Assembly: GCA_020536535.1 (NCBI GenBank)
Contig: JAHLWZ010000564.1
Coordinates: 1 to 64,000 of the forward strand
DNA length: 64,000 nucleotides
Direction: 5' to 3'
DNA from: Pelomyxa schiedti
Taxonomy: Eukaryota > Protista > Evosea
This document shows, piece by piece, positions 62,397-64,000 of the stretch. The position numbers and the translations under genes were made by a program. Position 1 is the stretch's first letter, and each line of letters opens with the position of its first letter. The notes beneath the pieces are model-generated. The model worked only from the letters and a program-made list of their open reading frames with translations, did not search any database and was not told where the DNA came from.

Positions 62397-63935
62397 ATGA
62401 GCGCGAGCGCAGCGGTTGCTACTCGTACTAGCAGCAGCAGCGGGGAGGGGCGTGGAGCCACGAGGGAGGCACCAGCCACTGCTGTTGCCGCAGGGACAGG
62501 GACAGGGACACAGGGGAACCACCTCGGGGAGCAGGTGAGCGGGCAGGGGGTCAGGGCGGCGCTGGACTGGGTCACGGCCCTGGGTGTTAGGAAGGGGGAG
62601 GGCGTGGGGGAGCGGGAGGCCCCCCCTGCTGCCGTGGCCCCGTGCGGGGGGCGCGGGGGGCCGGGGCAGCGGCTGGGGGTCGGGGGGGACTATGCGGCGA
62701 CGTGGGGGAGCTGCCTGAGGGTGTGCCTGGCCTGGTACTCCCTGCTCATTCCCCTCAGAAAAAGTACTCTTTTTCCCTCTATGTTATTATTACTTACTAC
62801 GTTGGGACTCCTGGTGTCTTGTGATATAAGTAGATTATTATTAATATAGTGGGTGGATTGGGGTTTCGCTATCTTACGCCCAAAACTCTAGAGTTTTCTT
62901 TATTATCTGAGGAGTATGTAAACAGTTATGTAGCGCGGGATTTGTTGGCGTGCTTCAAGCCACGCAATGCACAAGTCACTGTGGATGAGGAGCGAATGGC
63001 CTCCATTCTTGACGGAATGGGGACAAAGCTGCGTGCAATCAACTTTGGGTCCGTTTTCTTCCCGTTAAGGGACTTTGGGTCTGTTCTTCTGATACTCACA
63101 CAAATATAACAGAGTTGAATCCGACACTGGAAGGTCAGGATTGCTGCTTTTCAAAGCCATACGCCGTTCAAGTGTCGGTGCTGTCGGCTTGTTGCTGAAG
63201 CATGGTGCAAACCCTTATATTAAGACCAAGGGCGGGAAATCGGCCATATCTTTGGCCCAGACGAAACAAATACAAGAACTGATCGAGAATGCATCCAAGA
63301 GCTGCATAAAGCCAATGGACCCTCCGTGGATCTGCATTACCAGTCAGCCATATGGAAGAGGTACTGATGACTGGAGCGGCTCTCCATGCTTCTTGGGTGA
63401 TGGCAGAGTTACATGCGCACTGACCGGCGTCTCTCTCTCTGTTTCTGATGTGAGACCTGGAATGAAATTGCGCGGGCCTCCGCGGAATACTCTCTCTGCG
63501 AAAACAACAATATCCCAAATACGCAGAATTGAGCGCACTCCCGTCGAGAAAGTGATGCAAATCGCTTTTGTCAACTCTTTGGGCCTCACGCCGGAACATA
63601 GAATCATGATTCCAAAAAAGGGGTACTTGACCGGTGCTCACAAGGTCTCACTCTTACCCGTAACAGAAATAATGACAATAAAGAAGAACCTGATTGGGTG
63701 AAAGCTGGCGATGTTGGGGAACTGTCAAGTGTGTTTGTCAAGGAACTATTCAACTTTGAACTTGAAAAGGTGAGTGATATCAACCTATGTACCCAATTCT
63801 CATTTCCTTTCAGGATGAAGAGAATGAACCCGCATCAGTGCTGATAAACGACCTACAAGTTTCTACGTGAGTCATCATTCCATTATTTTCCTTACCCCTT
63901 ACAGTGTTACAACCCCCTTTACAAGGAAACACTGA
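62397..63935 (+). CDS. Ankyrin-repeat protein with a C-terminal Hint (Vint-like) domain
   Basis: LLFKAIRRSSVGAVGLLLKHGANPYIKTKGGKSAISLA; Hint block A CFLGDGRV...VSDVRPG, block B LTPEH, block F-like LFNFEL...VLIND. Confidence 0.75.
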
Positions 63936-64000
63936 AATCAATTTCTTTTTGATAGACATAAGAAATACTGTTTGTTATTCCTCCCTTTTCTTTCTTACAA

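Overview
Gene-dense eukaryotic nuclear DNA with many short (about 40-60 nt) GT-AG introns, sharply G+C-rich first exons and two 100-N scaffold gaps. The gene style suggests a free-living amoebozoan protist, possibly an archamoeba such as Pelomyxa; this is inference only. Recognisable genes: SART3/Prp24, MMS19, SEL1L/Hrd3, a TPR protein, a Tubby-domain protein, an A-T-R carboxylic-acid-reductase-like enzyme with an N-terminal ZZ finger, a CudA-like factor, a PH protein, a Qc-SNARE, SNF8/Vps22, an NBR1-like autophagy receptor, a membrane class I phosphodiesterase with a Cache-like ectodomain, a MATE transporter, an EEP hydrolase, an RGS-LIM protein, a SAM methyltransferase, a degenerate G-alpha/F-box protein and an ankyrin-Hint protein. 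The strongest novel signal is a circularly permuted tRNA gene at 21332-21468: the 3' half lies upstream of the 5' half, the flanks are complementary and a poly-T terminator follows. The second is a ~1.3 kb, helix-dense region without a credible ORF at about 44000-45300 that looks like an unidentified structured RNA. Exon boundaries and folds were worked out by eye, so gene ends are approximate.
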